From: an uncultured Desulfobulbia bacterium
Lineage (GTDB): Bacteria; Desulfobacterota; Desulfobulbia; Desulfobulbales; CG2-30-60-27
DNA length: 64,000 nucleotides
Direction of reading: 5' to 3'
NCBI GenBank assembly: GCA_964443295.1
Contig: CAYUCH010000001.1
Span: 57,456 to 121,455, forward strand
Part shown: positions 49,644 through 57,650 of the stretch, piece by piece
How positions within the stretch are numbered: position 1 is the stretch's first letter
Layout: every line of letters starts with the position of its first letter
Translations under genes and position numbers: made by a program
Notes under the pieces: generated by a model
Databases searched by the model: none
Told to the model about the DNA's origin: nothing
Seen by the model: the letters and a program-made list of their open reading frames with translations, nothing else

Positions 49644-49856
49644 TTAACCGCCAATTACGGCGCTCATCCATGTACCGATGAAGGACAGAGGGCCACCACT
49701 CTGAACCAGCCCACTTACCAGACATACAATCCCCCATACTCCGATCAAACCGCCGGCGATGAACATCGCTGTAATTCCAACCTTGCTCAGCTCACCATCT
49801 AAAGTAGCGTCTGTTGATTTCGTGATTGCTTTAGTTTGAGTTGTTGCGCTTGTCAT
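49644..49856 (-). CDS. small membrane protein, paralog 1 of the tandem array (70 aa)
   Basis: RBS GGAGG. The C-terminus is SKVGITAMFIAGGLIGVWGIVCLVSGLVQSGGPLSFIGTWMSAVIGG. Confidence 0.75.
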   Translation of the reverse strand: MTSATTQTKAITKSTDATLDGELSKVGITAMFIAGGLIGVWGIVCLVSGLVQSGGPLSFIGTWMSAVIGG

Positions 49857-49906
49857 GTTTTTATCCTCCGTTAGAAGTGTTTTTGTTGCTTTGTGAAAAG
49901 TCTATA

Positions 49907-49923
49907 TTGCAATGGCAATGCCA
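49907..49923 (-). promoter_or_regulatory. sigma-54 (-24/-12) promoter upstream of the small-gene array
   Basis: The minus strand reads TGGCAT-tgcca-TTGCAA, about 50 nt upstream of the ATG at 49856. Confidence 0.7.
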
Positions 49924-50284
49924 AAAAGAAATAAATATTTAAAGAAACCAGATAACACACTGAAAATATTATATTATTTTTTTTATATTTTTTTGGCACA
50001 CTATTGTCCTTTTTTCACTCAAACTAGCTAACATACTTAAATAATTATACTTTTTCAGATATAGCTAACAAGAAGCTCAGAAACTCCGGCGTGGAGAGAA
50101 AATCACCAGGCAACTTTCAGGTCTATATAAGGAAAGGGAGACTAAAACGGGGTGGGTTTGAACGTAACGCAACACTCATTTTGATGAAAAAGATAGGGTG
50201 TGAAGATTGTCAGCAACGGCACAAATATTTGTAATTACTACAAAAATAATAATTATTTCAATTTCACCACATCAAAACCATGCC

Positions 50285-50340
50285 ACATTTGCAACACATG
50301 CAACACAACACAGGTGTTGCAAATGTGTCGCAACAAACAT
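50285..50340. promoter_or_regulatory. TGCAACA/TGTTGCA repeat cluster (candidate enhancer/UAS)
   Basis: TGCAACA at 50290 and 50299, its complement TGTTGCA at 50316, and CGCAACA at 50329. The reverse complement aligns with the 44821..44870 cluster (GTTGC[A/G]ACA ... TGCAACAC..CTGT). Confidence 0.5.
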
Positions 50341-50345
50341 ACGCG

Positions 50346-52178
50346 CTACACTTTTACAGCGTTTAATTCGATTTTGTAGGTGTGCATTTTTCTATAAAGA
50401 GTACTGCGGTCCATTCCAAGAATTCGTGCAGCCTTTGCCTTGTTTCCACCAGCTTTATGCAAAGCAGCAAGGATTCGTTGAGGTTCATCTAATCCATCAT
50501 CCACAGTTTCTTCAATAACCTCGATCTTCTTCTTAGCTGTATCGCTGATGTGGCGCCGCTCTACTGGATAAGATCGAGAATCTTCCTTTATGGATGATTG
50601 AGCAAGTTCTCCGTGCCGTATTTCTTCAGGGAAATGATCCAAGGTTAAAGTAGAGCCTTCACACAGAATACAAGCTCTTTCCATAACGTGTTCAAGCTCT
50701 CGAACATTACCAGGCCATCCAAAATTTCTGAGAGCTTCCATGGCCTGATCTGAAATCCCACTAATTTCCCGACCTAGCTTCTCCTGGAATTGCGACAGAA
50801 AATGGGCCACAAGGATTGGAATCCCCTCATATCTTTCACGTAGAGGGGGTAATTTAATTTCCATAACCCGCAAACGGAAAAAAAGGTCCTCACGAAAATC
50901 ACCATCTAAAACTTTCTTTCTCAGGTCTGCATTGGTTGCGGCAACAACTCTCACGTCTACCTGAATGGGACGGTCACGTCCGACTGGATAAAAAGACCGC
51001 TCCTGGAGAAATCGTAACAGCCGGAGTTGCATGCGGGAAGAGATGTCACCTATCTCATCGAGAAATAATGTACCGCCGTCGGCCTGCAGGATCCTTCCCA
51101 TCCGATCTCGATCTGCTCCGGTGAATGATCCCTTTTTATGACCGAACAACTCACTCTCAAGAAGATCATCGGTAATTGCTGCACAATCAACCTTGACCAA
51201 TGGCTTATTATGCCGTGGACTTTCCGCATGCAGCGCCTCAACAGCCAACTCTTTGCCGGTCCCTGATTCACCTGTGATCAGTACAGTTGTATCGACCTTA
51301 CCAACATTTTCTATTAGAGAATAAACAGACTGCATAGCCGGGCTCGAGCCGACATATCGATGAAAACGAGATCGTTTGGCCCTGTTACTGCTTTCCTCAA
51401 GACTTGTTACATCTCGGGCAACAAAAACAACCCCCTGAAACCCACCACTTCCATCCTGGAGCGGCGCAGCATTGAGACTGAGAATTTTTTTACCACCATC
51501 TGGCCGAGAACACTCAACACGATGCTCACGAACCTCCTCACGGGTGCGCAACACTTTCTGGGCATCTTTCAGGCAACAATTTCGCATCCCCTCAGGAAGC
51601 ATCTCAAGTGAAATGGGGGTATTACTTTTCAATCCCATGCCGCCCATCCACTCTTTGGCCATCTCATTGAAATGCACAACCTGCATTTCATTATCCACAG
51701 TGATTATGGCATCACGCACTGATCGAAAAATCGTATCAAGATATTGCCGATAATGCTCATTTTCCTTCTCAAGCCTCTTTTTCTCTTTTTGCAAATGCCA
51801 TTGCTTGAGGGCCTGTCTGGTAAATTTGAGCAGCGTTTCCTTATTGACGGGCTTGGGAATATAATCAAAGGCACCTAAGCGAACAGCCTCGGCAGCTGTT
51901 TGCAAATTTGGAAAACCAGTGATCATCACCACTGGACATTGCACATTGGCCGCGCGAATTTCACCCAACAGATCGGTACCGGAAGTGCCTTCGAGAACAA
52001 TATCGCTGATGATGAGATCAAACTCATGTTCATGAATAGCTGCCAAAGCCTCCTGATAGGTAGCAGCCGTGCGAACCGGCCCGTAGCCTTCCCTTGTAAG
52101 GAACATCTCAAAAGTAAGGCGAAGGCTCTCTTCATCATCAACAATTAATATGCTGGTTGAATCTTTTTTTGCATCCAC
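50346..52178 (-). CDS. sigma-54-dependent response regulator (REC-PAS-AAA+-HTH, NtrC family)
   Basis: The receiver carries ILIVDDE ... IISDIVLEGTSG. The AAA+ domain has Walker A GESGTGKE and a GAFTGA-type loop (KKGSFTGA). The C-terminus is a Fis-type HTH (AARILGMDRSTLYRKM). Confidence 0.9.
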   Translation of the reverse strand: MDAKKDSTSILIVDDEESLRLTFEMFLTREGYGPVRTAATYQEALAAIHEHEFDLIISDIVLEGTSGTDLLGEIRAANVQCPVVMITGFPNLQTAAEAVRLGAFDYIPKPVNKETLLKFTRQALKQWHLQKEKKRLEKENEHYRQYLDTIFRSVRDAIITVDNEMQVVHFNEMAKEWMGGMGLKSNTPISLEMLPEGMRNCCLKDAQKVLRTREEVREHRVECSRPDGGKKILSLNAAPLQDGSGGFQGVVFVARDVTSLEESSNRAKRSRFHRYVGSSPAMQSVYSLIENVGKVDTTVLITGESGTGKELAVEALHAESPRHNKPLVKVDCAAITDDLLESELFGHKKGSFTGADRDRMGRILQADGGTLFLDEIGDISSRMQLRLLRFLQERSFYPVGRDRPIQVDVRVVAATNADLRKKVLDGDFREDLFFRLRVMEIKLPPLRERYEGIPILVAHFLSQFQEKLGREISGISDQAMEALRNFGWPGNVRELEHVMERACILCEGSTLTLDHFPEEIRHGELAQSSIKEDSRSYPVERRHISDTAKKKIEVIEETVDDGLDEPQRILAALHKAGGNKAKAARILGMDRSTLYRKMHTYKIELNAVKV

Positions 52179-52227
52179 GATAAAAGTCCAAGTTGGTAAA
52201 TTTTAATATGACACTCTGCCATTTTCT

Positions 52228-53778
52228 TCAGCCTTCCTCTGCATCAACATACTCACTAGTGTTGTCTACCTTTCTACCATCAACTGGAATATCCACAGTT
52301 ATTATGGTGTAATTATCCAGCACCGAATCCACCCGCATAACTCCACCATGATCACGAACAATTCCATGGGTAATAGACAGTCCTAGCCCGGTACCTTCCC
52401 CCGGTGGTTTGGTGGAAAAAAAAGGGTCAAAAAGTCGCTCTAAAATACCTTGAGGCATCCCCTTTCCCCAGTCCATCACCATGGTTCGCACATGCTCCTC
52501 ACCATCAACATCCACTGCGTGACAGCTTATGCGCAATTTCTTTTCCGGATCCTGCTGGGGATATCGTTCGTTCAAAGCGTATCGACTGTTGCTGAGCAAA
52601 TTTAAAATAACCTGCTGAAGTTGCTGGGCATTACCATGCAGTGGGGGCAAATCATCTTCAATTTCCACCGCAAAATTAATACCGTCTTTTTTTATCTGGT
52701 GCTGCACCAAAGTCAGACTGTCTTGAATCACTGCAGACATTTCAACATTGTGATCTTCATGCTCACTCTCCCGGGCAAAAGATAACAATTTATAAATGAT
52801 GGAGGATATCCGTTCTCCTTCTTTAATAATCCGTTGCAACAGGTCATTTTTTGTCACATCCTCACCGACATCGTCCATGAGAACCTGGGCATAATTAATT
52901 ATGCCGTTAATGGGGTTATTTATCTCATGCGCAACACCTGCGGCCAACTCACCGATTGCCGCCAATTGCCCGGTCCGCATAGCTTCCAGTTTGCGAACCT
53001 CTTCCTTGGTGAGATCCCGGGCAATTAACATGATCTGGCGAACCTCGCCATTCAGGTCCGGAACCGGTGAGACGGTGAGCAAATACTCTCCAAACAGACC
53101 AGGAAGTTTGGTCTCCATGATTTTTCGAGAACGGGTTAAAAGTAATTCTTCCAAAGGACATTTTATGTGGGGAAGTCGACCACCATGGATTATCTGACAA
53201 ACGCCATATCCAATAATTTCTTCTCTGGTCTTGCGAGCTGCATGGATAGTGGCTGGATTGACATCGCTAATTTTACCCTCGGGTGTAACAATGAGAATGG
53301 GATCCTGAACAGCGTTAAAAACCTCCCCCCACCCTGGCTGGGAAGGGCCAATATACTGTTCCCGAAATTTAAACTCCGTTACGTAAAAACCAAGATGGCG
53401 CATACCATCACGTAATTTATCCCAGGTAACGGGCTGAACGATGAAATCGCTGGCCCCGGCCTCAAATGCTCGGTCCACGGAAGAATCATCATCATCAGGG
53501 ACAACGAGAATGATCAAACTTCTTTCCGCATTGGGAAGTTTCATTATCTGGCTGCAGAGATAATAGCCGCTGGTATCCGGCAAGTTGCCATCCAGAATTA
53601 CTACATCGGGCTGATTTCGTATAAAAGATGCCAGGGCGGATTCACCATCTTCCACATCTTCTACGTTATAGCCACTAATTTCTAAAAATCGACGGATCAT
53701 AAGCCGCTGCTCACGATCGGAGTATGCAACTAAAAACTGTGACCAATTTTTTTTGGTCTTAGAAGGACTTTTTTCCAT
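52228..53778 (-). CDS. hybrid sensor kinase with an N-terminal receiver (REC-PAS-HisKA-HATPase)
   Basis: The receiver is VVILDGNLPDTSG, the H-box is HEINNPINGIINY, and the HATPase domain carries GTGLGLSITHGIV. Confidence 0.85.
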   Translation of the reverse strand: MEKSPSKTKKNWSQFLVAYSDREQRLMIRRFLEISGYNVEDVEDGESALASFIRNQPDVVILDGNLPDTSGYYLCSQIMKLPNAERSLIILVVPDDDDSSVDRAFEAGASDFIVQPVTWDKLRDGMRHLGFYVTEFKFREQYIGPSQPGWGEVFNAVQDPILIVTPEGKISDVNPATIHAARKTREEIIGYGVCQIIHGGRLPHIKCPLEELLLTRSRKIMETKLPGLFGEYLLTVSPVPDLNGEVRQIMLIARDLTKEEVRKLEAMRTGQLAAIGELAAGVAHEINNPINGIINYAQVLMDDVGEDVTKNDLLQRIIKEGERISSIIYKLLSFARESEHEDHNVEMSAVIQDSLTLVQHQIKKDGINFAVEIEDDLPPLHGNAQQLQQVILNLLSNSRYALNERYPQQDPEKKLRISCHAVDVDGEEHVRTMVMDWGKGMPQGILERLFDPFFSTKPPGEGTGLGLSITHGIVRDHGGVMRVDSVLDNYTIITVDIPVDGRKVDNTSEYVDAEEG

Positions 53779-53887
53779 TTATAATTCCTCGCTCTAGGAA
53801 AAAAAGGACCAAACGTATCAGATTATGTGCCTTTTATTTTTTAATTTCTTGCGGAGTTTTTACTATTTCACGATATATGGCCGAACC

Positions 53888-54868
53888 TTATCCACCTATT
53901 GTAGCCATGGATTTTTTAACCGCCGACCCTTGAGTTGCCTCTGCCTCAAATCCATTCTTTGCCCTTTGAGCCACACAATGTCTGAGAATATCACCAATCT
54001 CTCTGTCCGTTTTTTCACTCCTGAGCAATTGCCTGAGATCGAGAACACCATCATCGTAAAGACAGGTTTTCAATTGACCGCGTGAAGTTATGCGCAACTT
54101 ACCACAGCTACCGCAGAAAGTACGTGAATATGCTCCTATAATTCCAACTTTGCCTAAAAATCCTGGAACCTTAAGAATTTTGGCTGTACCCGAAACCCCT
54201 TCGGTCAATTCCAGGTCTGGATATCGCTGTTGAAGGCGATTAATAATTTCCGCCGATTTCCAACCTTCTCCCACCCCGGAACAACCACCGGAAAATGGCA
54301 TCTGCTCAATAAACCGCACTTCAATGGGCTGGCTGCGTGCTAATTCTGCAAGATCAATGATCTCATCATCATTGATGCCCTCTTGAATGACTGAATTCAC
54401 CTTGAGGGGGATATCCAAAGCAAGAGCCTGCTTTATAGTCTCCAGGACTGCTTGCATTTGGTCGCGCCTGGTTATGGATTTAAAGCGTTCGGGCTTGAGG
54501 GTGTCCAGGCTTACATTCAATCCGGAAATGCCCAGTTTTTTTAGGCCATCAAGCTCTGGCGCCACAGCAACTCCGTTGGTCGTGAGGCTGAGTATTTCAA
54601 GACCGGGCATGGATTTTAGCCTTTTCAAAAAAACCATGAGTCCTTTGCGGACAAAAGGCTCCCCCCCAGTTATCCTTACTTTATTAACTCCCATGCTGAC
54701 AAATATGCTCACCAGCCGTTCGAGCTCATCTAAAGATAAAATTTCTTCCCGCGGGAGAAAATCAATCCCCTCAGCCGGCATACAATACACACAACGCAAA
54801 TTGCACCTGTCGGTAATGGCAAGTCTAATATATGTAATGTCCCGACCATGGTTGTCGATCAATTGCAT
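53888..54868 (-). CDS. moaA: GTP 3',8-cyclase (molybdenum cofactor biosynthesis protein A)
   Basis: Carries the radical SAM motif ITDRCNLRCVYCMP, the C-terminal cluster CGSCGKLRITSRGQLKTCL, and a GG tail. The start is uncertain (54868 or further upstream, up to 54976). Confidence 0.9.
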   Translation of the reverse strand: MQLIDNHGRDITYIRLAITDRCNLRCVYCMPAEGIDFLPREEILSLDELERLVSIFVSMGVNKVRITGGEPFVRKGLMVFLKRLKSMPGLEILSLTTNGVAVAPELDGLKKLGISGLNVSLDTLKPERFKSITRRDQMQAVLETIKQALALDIPLKVNSVIQEGINDDEIIDLAELARSQPIEVRFIEQMPFSGGCSGVGEGWKSAEIINRLQQRYPDLELTEGVSGTAKILKVPGFLGKVGIIGAYSRTFCGSCGKLRITSRGQLKTCLYDDGVLDLRQLLRSEKTDREIGDILRHCVAQRAKNGFEAEATQGSAVKKSMATIGG

Positions 54869-55098
54869 ACCATCGTCTTTAGGCGGGGTATTCTTATTTT
54901 CCGTTTTTAAAACCACAAAAAACTCCTCTAAATTTATTAGACGCAACAACCTTCTTTTTTGACATATTTCATGCAATACCGCAAGGTATCGCAGTCATAT
55001 GGTTGCCCCTACATTATTCTTCAATAAATACATGTTCCCTGGTATTACATAAATTGATACAATGTATCCATCTTCAATGAAATTCGGGAATACAGGCC

Positions 55099-55860
55099 AT
55101 GCTTAAGAATGACTACATAGACCAACTCGCTTTTGAAATAAAGAAAGAAATTGCCGACCAATATTTCGGCTTTAGAAAACTCATTGAAGAGGACTCCCTT
55201 GATCTCACGGAAAAAATCCGCCAACACTCTATTATCTTAGAGAAACGGATCAGTTTCGACCTGGTCCGAATATACATCCTTTTGAAAAACGAAGAGACCA
55301 TTCTCGCCTTTCTCGAACTCATCGGACTTGATGAACAGCTTTTTTACGATCCATATCTCGCTGATTCGATAAATATCAGGAAAAGGGTTTTTGAAGGACA
55401 ACGCTTACGTGGTTTCACACAATCCGGCCGGTTTAAAAATCTGGTTTTCGATTGCTACGAAAGGCTAACGGAACACGTACAGATGTACCGCCTCAAATTC
55501 CTTGAACTCCAGGAGTTGCAAGACACAATCAGTGGTGAGATTGACCTGTTTTACCGAAAACACGATTTGGGAACCATTATGGGTTTTTTGCACACCCTTG
55601 ATGAACCAGCTATGAACTCTGGCATGGAAGGTGGCATAGAAAGTGGAGTTGCTGAAGGACTTGACCAAAAAATGAAAATTAAAGCGCCTCGCCCGGTGGA
55701 GCAGTACCTGCCAATCCTGCCACCATTTCCAGAACTGGCTACCATTAAAAAGCCCTTAAAAAATCTTACTACTATCGCCTACCGTTTGCATGGCAAACAA
55801 TTTTTGGCCACCTGCGGGTTAGATGAAAAACGGCATAAGAGTGCAAGAAATAGAGCATGA
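55099..55860 (+). CDS. hypothetical protein
   Basis: 253-aa ORF, largely helical and charged. I recognise no family. It directly precedes the two-CW gene. Confidence 0.5.
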   Translation: MLKNDYIDQLAFEIKKEIADQYFGFRKLIEEDSLDLTEKIRQHSIILEKRISFDLVRIYILLKNEETILAFLELIGLDEQLFYDPYLADSINIRKRVFEGQRLRGFTQSGRFKNLVFDCYERLTEHVQMYRLKFLELQELQDTISGEIDLFYRKHDLGTIMGFLHTLDEPAMNSGMEGGIESGVAEGLDQKMKIKAPRPVEQYLPILPPFPELATIKKPLKNLTTIAYRLHGKQFLATCGLDEKRHKSARNRA

Positions 55861-55914
55861 TTTTTGTTTGCCATTTTTTATTCAAGTAGATTCTCGGCCC
55901 GATTGGAGATATTT

Positions 55915-56232
55915 ATGAAAAAAAATTGTTGGGAATTCAAAAAATGCGGGCGTGAAACGGAAGGTAAGAAGGTAGAAGAACTTGGCGAATGCCCTGCCTC
56001 ACAGGAAACGAGACTAAACGGCAAGAATAGCGGTAAAAATGGTGGGCGCTGTTGTTGGGTAGTTGAGGGTACTTTTTGTGCTTCAAGAATCCAGGCAAGT
56101 TTTGTCCATAAACTGAGAATTTGCAAACAATGCCCATTTTACCAATTAGTCCATGAGGAAGAAGGTATTGAGGCGGAAGATCTCATGAAACTTTTTGACT
56201 GTATAATGGATCTGAATAGCGGTATCCGTTGA
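55915..56232 (+). CDS. cysteine-rich two-CW-domain protein
   Basis: 105 aa starting MKKNCWEFKKCGRE, with a second CW motif (GGRCCWVVEGTFC) and CKQCPF. RBS is GGAG. The start is at the internal ATG at 55915. Confidence 0.6.
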   Translation: MKKNCWEFKKCGRETEGKKVEELGECPASQETRLNGKNSGKNGGRCCWVVEGTFCASRIQASFVHKLRICKQCPFYQLVHEEEGIEAEDLMKLFDCIMDLNSGIR

Positions 56233-56362
56233 CTAATATCCTCCGGAAAGAAGTGTTTGTCTTTTCAACTCTTCCCTTAATTCCATAGAGACACACCTAG
56301 CAGCAACTGAACTTTAACCGTATGATAATTTTTTCTTATCCATTTCAGGATATGAGGATTAA

Positions 56363-56824
56363 ATGACGACGCGCCCCCCTCCCCGCATTCTCTTTCTCTG
56401 CACCGGCAACTCCTGCCGCAGCCAAATGGCTGAAGGATGGGCTCGTCACATACATGGAAATCGTTTCCAATTTTTCTCTGCTGGGATTGAAAAACATGGC
56501 GTAAATCCAACAGCAGTATCGGTCATGACAGAAGTTGGTATTGATATATCTTTCCAACGATCAAATACGATTGATGAACTTCCCACTCAACAATTTGACT
56601 TGGTCATAAGCCTCTGCAGCCATGCAGACGAACATTGCCCAATGTTTCCCGGTGATACAAAAAAAATACATCACGGATTTGATGACCCACCTAAATTAGC
56701 AAGTAAGGTTAAGTCAGAAAAAAAAGGGATGAATTGCTATCGACGGGTTCGAGATGAAATCAAAACTTTCATTTCCTCCCTTCCTGAACTTTTCAACAAT
56801 AACACGGATTTTAATGCCAAATGA
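56363..56824 (+). CDS. arsC: arsenate reductase (LMW-PTPase / thioredoxin-coupled type)
   Basis: Has the P-loop ILFLCTGNSCRSQMAEG and downstream Cys residues (LCSHADEHCP) typical of Trx-coupled ArsC. Confidence 0.85.
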   Translation: MTTRPPPRILFLCTGNSCRSQMAEGWARHIHGNRFQFFSAGIEKHGVNPTAVSVMTEVGIDISFQRSNTIDELPTQQFDLVISLCSHADEHCPMFPGDTKKIHHGFDDPPKLASKVKSEKKGMNCYRRVRDEIKTFISSLPELFNNNTDFNAK

Positions 56825-56834
56825 GCATAAGAAA

Positions 56835-56858
56835 GGCCCGCAATGCGGGCCTTTTTTT
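56835..56858 (+). terminator. intrinsic terminator after arsC
   Basis: GGCCCGC-aat-GCGGGCC, followed by T7. Confidence 0.85.
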
Positions 56859-56885
56859 GCCTGAGTTGTTACAGCATAAATGAAA

Positions 56886-57332
56886 TTATGAAGTACCCTC
56901 CACGCAGTCAGGGCAATGACCGAAAAAATCCAGCCTGTGGCTGTTAATCACATAACCTGAGCTTTTTTCCAATTTGCGAGATAGTTTGCCCATGGCGCTC
57001 ACTTCGGCATCGACTATTTTTTCACAGCCTGTACAAACTATATGGGGATGTGGCATGGGATGCAAACCATCATAATGGTTACGTCCTGCACCAAAGCCCA
57101 ACTCCAACACTTCACCCAGTTCTTTCAGCAATGTCACGGTCTTATAGACTGTGGCAAGACTGGTAGCAGGAAAATCAACCTGCAACTTTTCATAAATTTC
57201 TTCAACACTGGGATGGGTACTCGTCTCAGCTAAAATTTTTACCACAGCCATCCGCTGTGGCGTTAATCTACCACCATTGTCTTTCAGTGCAGATGTCATT
57301 TCTGCAGCACGTTTCTCACTCTCCATCATCAC
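56886..57332 (-). CDS. Fur-family transcriptional regulator (Fur/Zur/PerR; subtype unresolved)
   Basis: Carries TPQRMAVVKIL and HPSVEEIY, and two CxxC pairs (VCTGCEKI, HCPDC). Confidence 0.8.
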   Translation of the reverse strand: MMMESEKRAAEMTSALKDNGGRLTPQRMAVVKILAETSTHPSVEEIYEKLQVDFPATSLATVYKTVTLLKELGEVLELGFGAGRNHYDGLHPMPHPHIVCTGCEKIVDAEVSAMGKLSRKLEKSSGYVINSHRLDFFGHCPDCVEGTS

Positions 57333-57543
57333 GGACCTTTCCCTCCCTTAACCCTAAACAGCACATTACAAAAACATGGTCCTATTTCATGCGTTTCAAC
57401 AATTATGTTACATATGAGCACTATCAAATTCTAAAGCGCCAAGTCAACATAAAAGGTTCAATTCCTTTAATTATACATATCACCGAAACAAATTCCAGCT
57501 TTACGCTACTTTTTTACTCCAATTCTCAACAGAAAAAAATGAA

Positions 57544-57577
57544 TTGACAGTTTGTTAGAATTTTATTAATTAATTAA
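57544..57577 (+). promoter_or_regulatory. candidate sigma-70 promoter with an overlapping AT palindrome (possible Fur-family box)
   Basis: TTGACA at 57544..57549, a 17-nt spacer, then TAATTA at 57567..57572. The 12-bp palindrome TTAATTAATTAA (57566..57577) overlaps the -10. It lies about 75 nt upstream of the outer-membrane protein gene. Confidence 0.4.
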
Positions 57578-57650
57578 ACGCTAACAATGGAGGGTTTTGC
57601 CCAAGTAATTATGCGACGTAATCACGTCACATTTTGCAGGAGGAACGAGA

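Noticed and set aside
49994-50008. A plus-strand TGGCAC followed by ...TTGTC, which looks like a sigma-54 promoter.
   Set aside because: The -12 element is GT rather than GC at the canonical spacing. The orientation points towards no plus-strand gene; only a spurious ORF at 50207..50518 overlaps the activator gene antisense.
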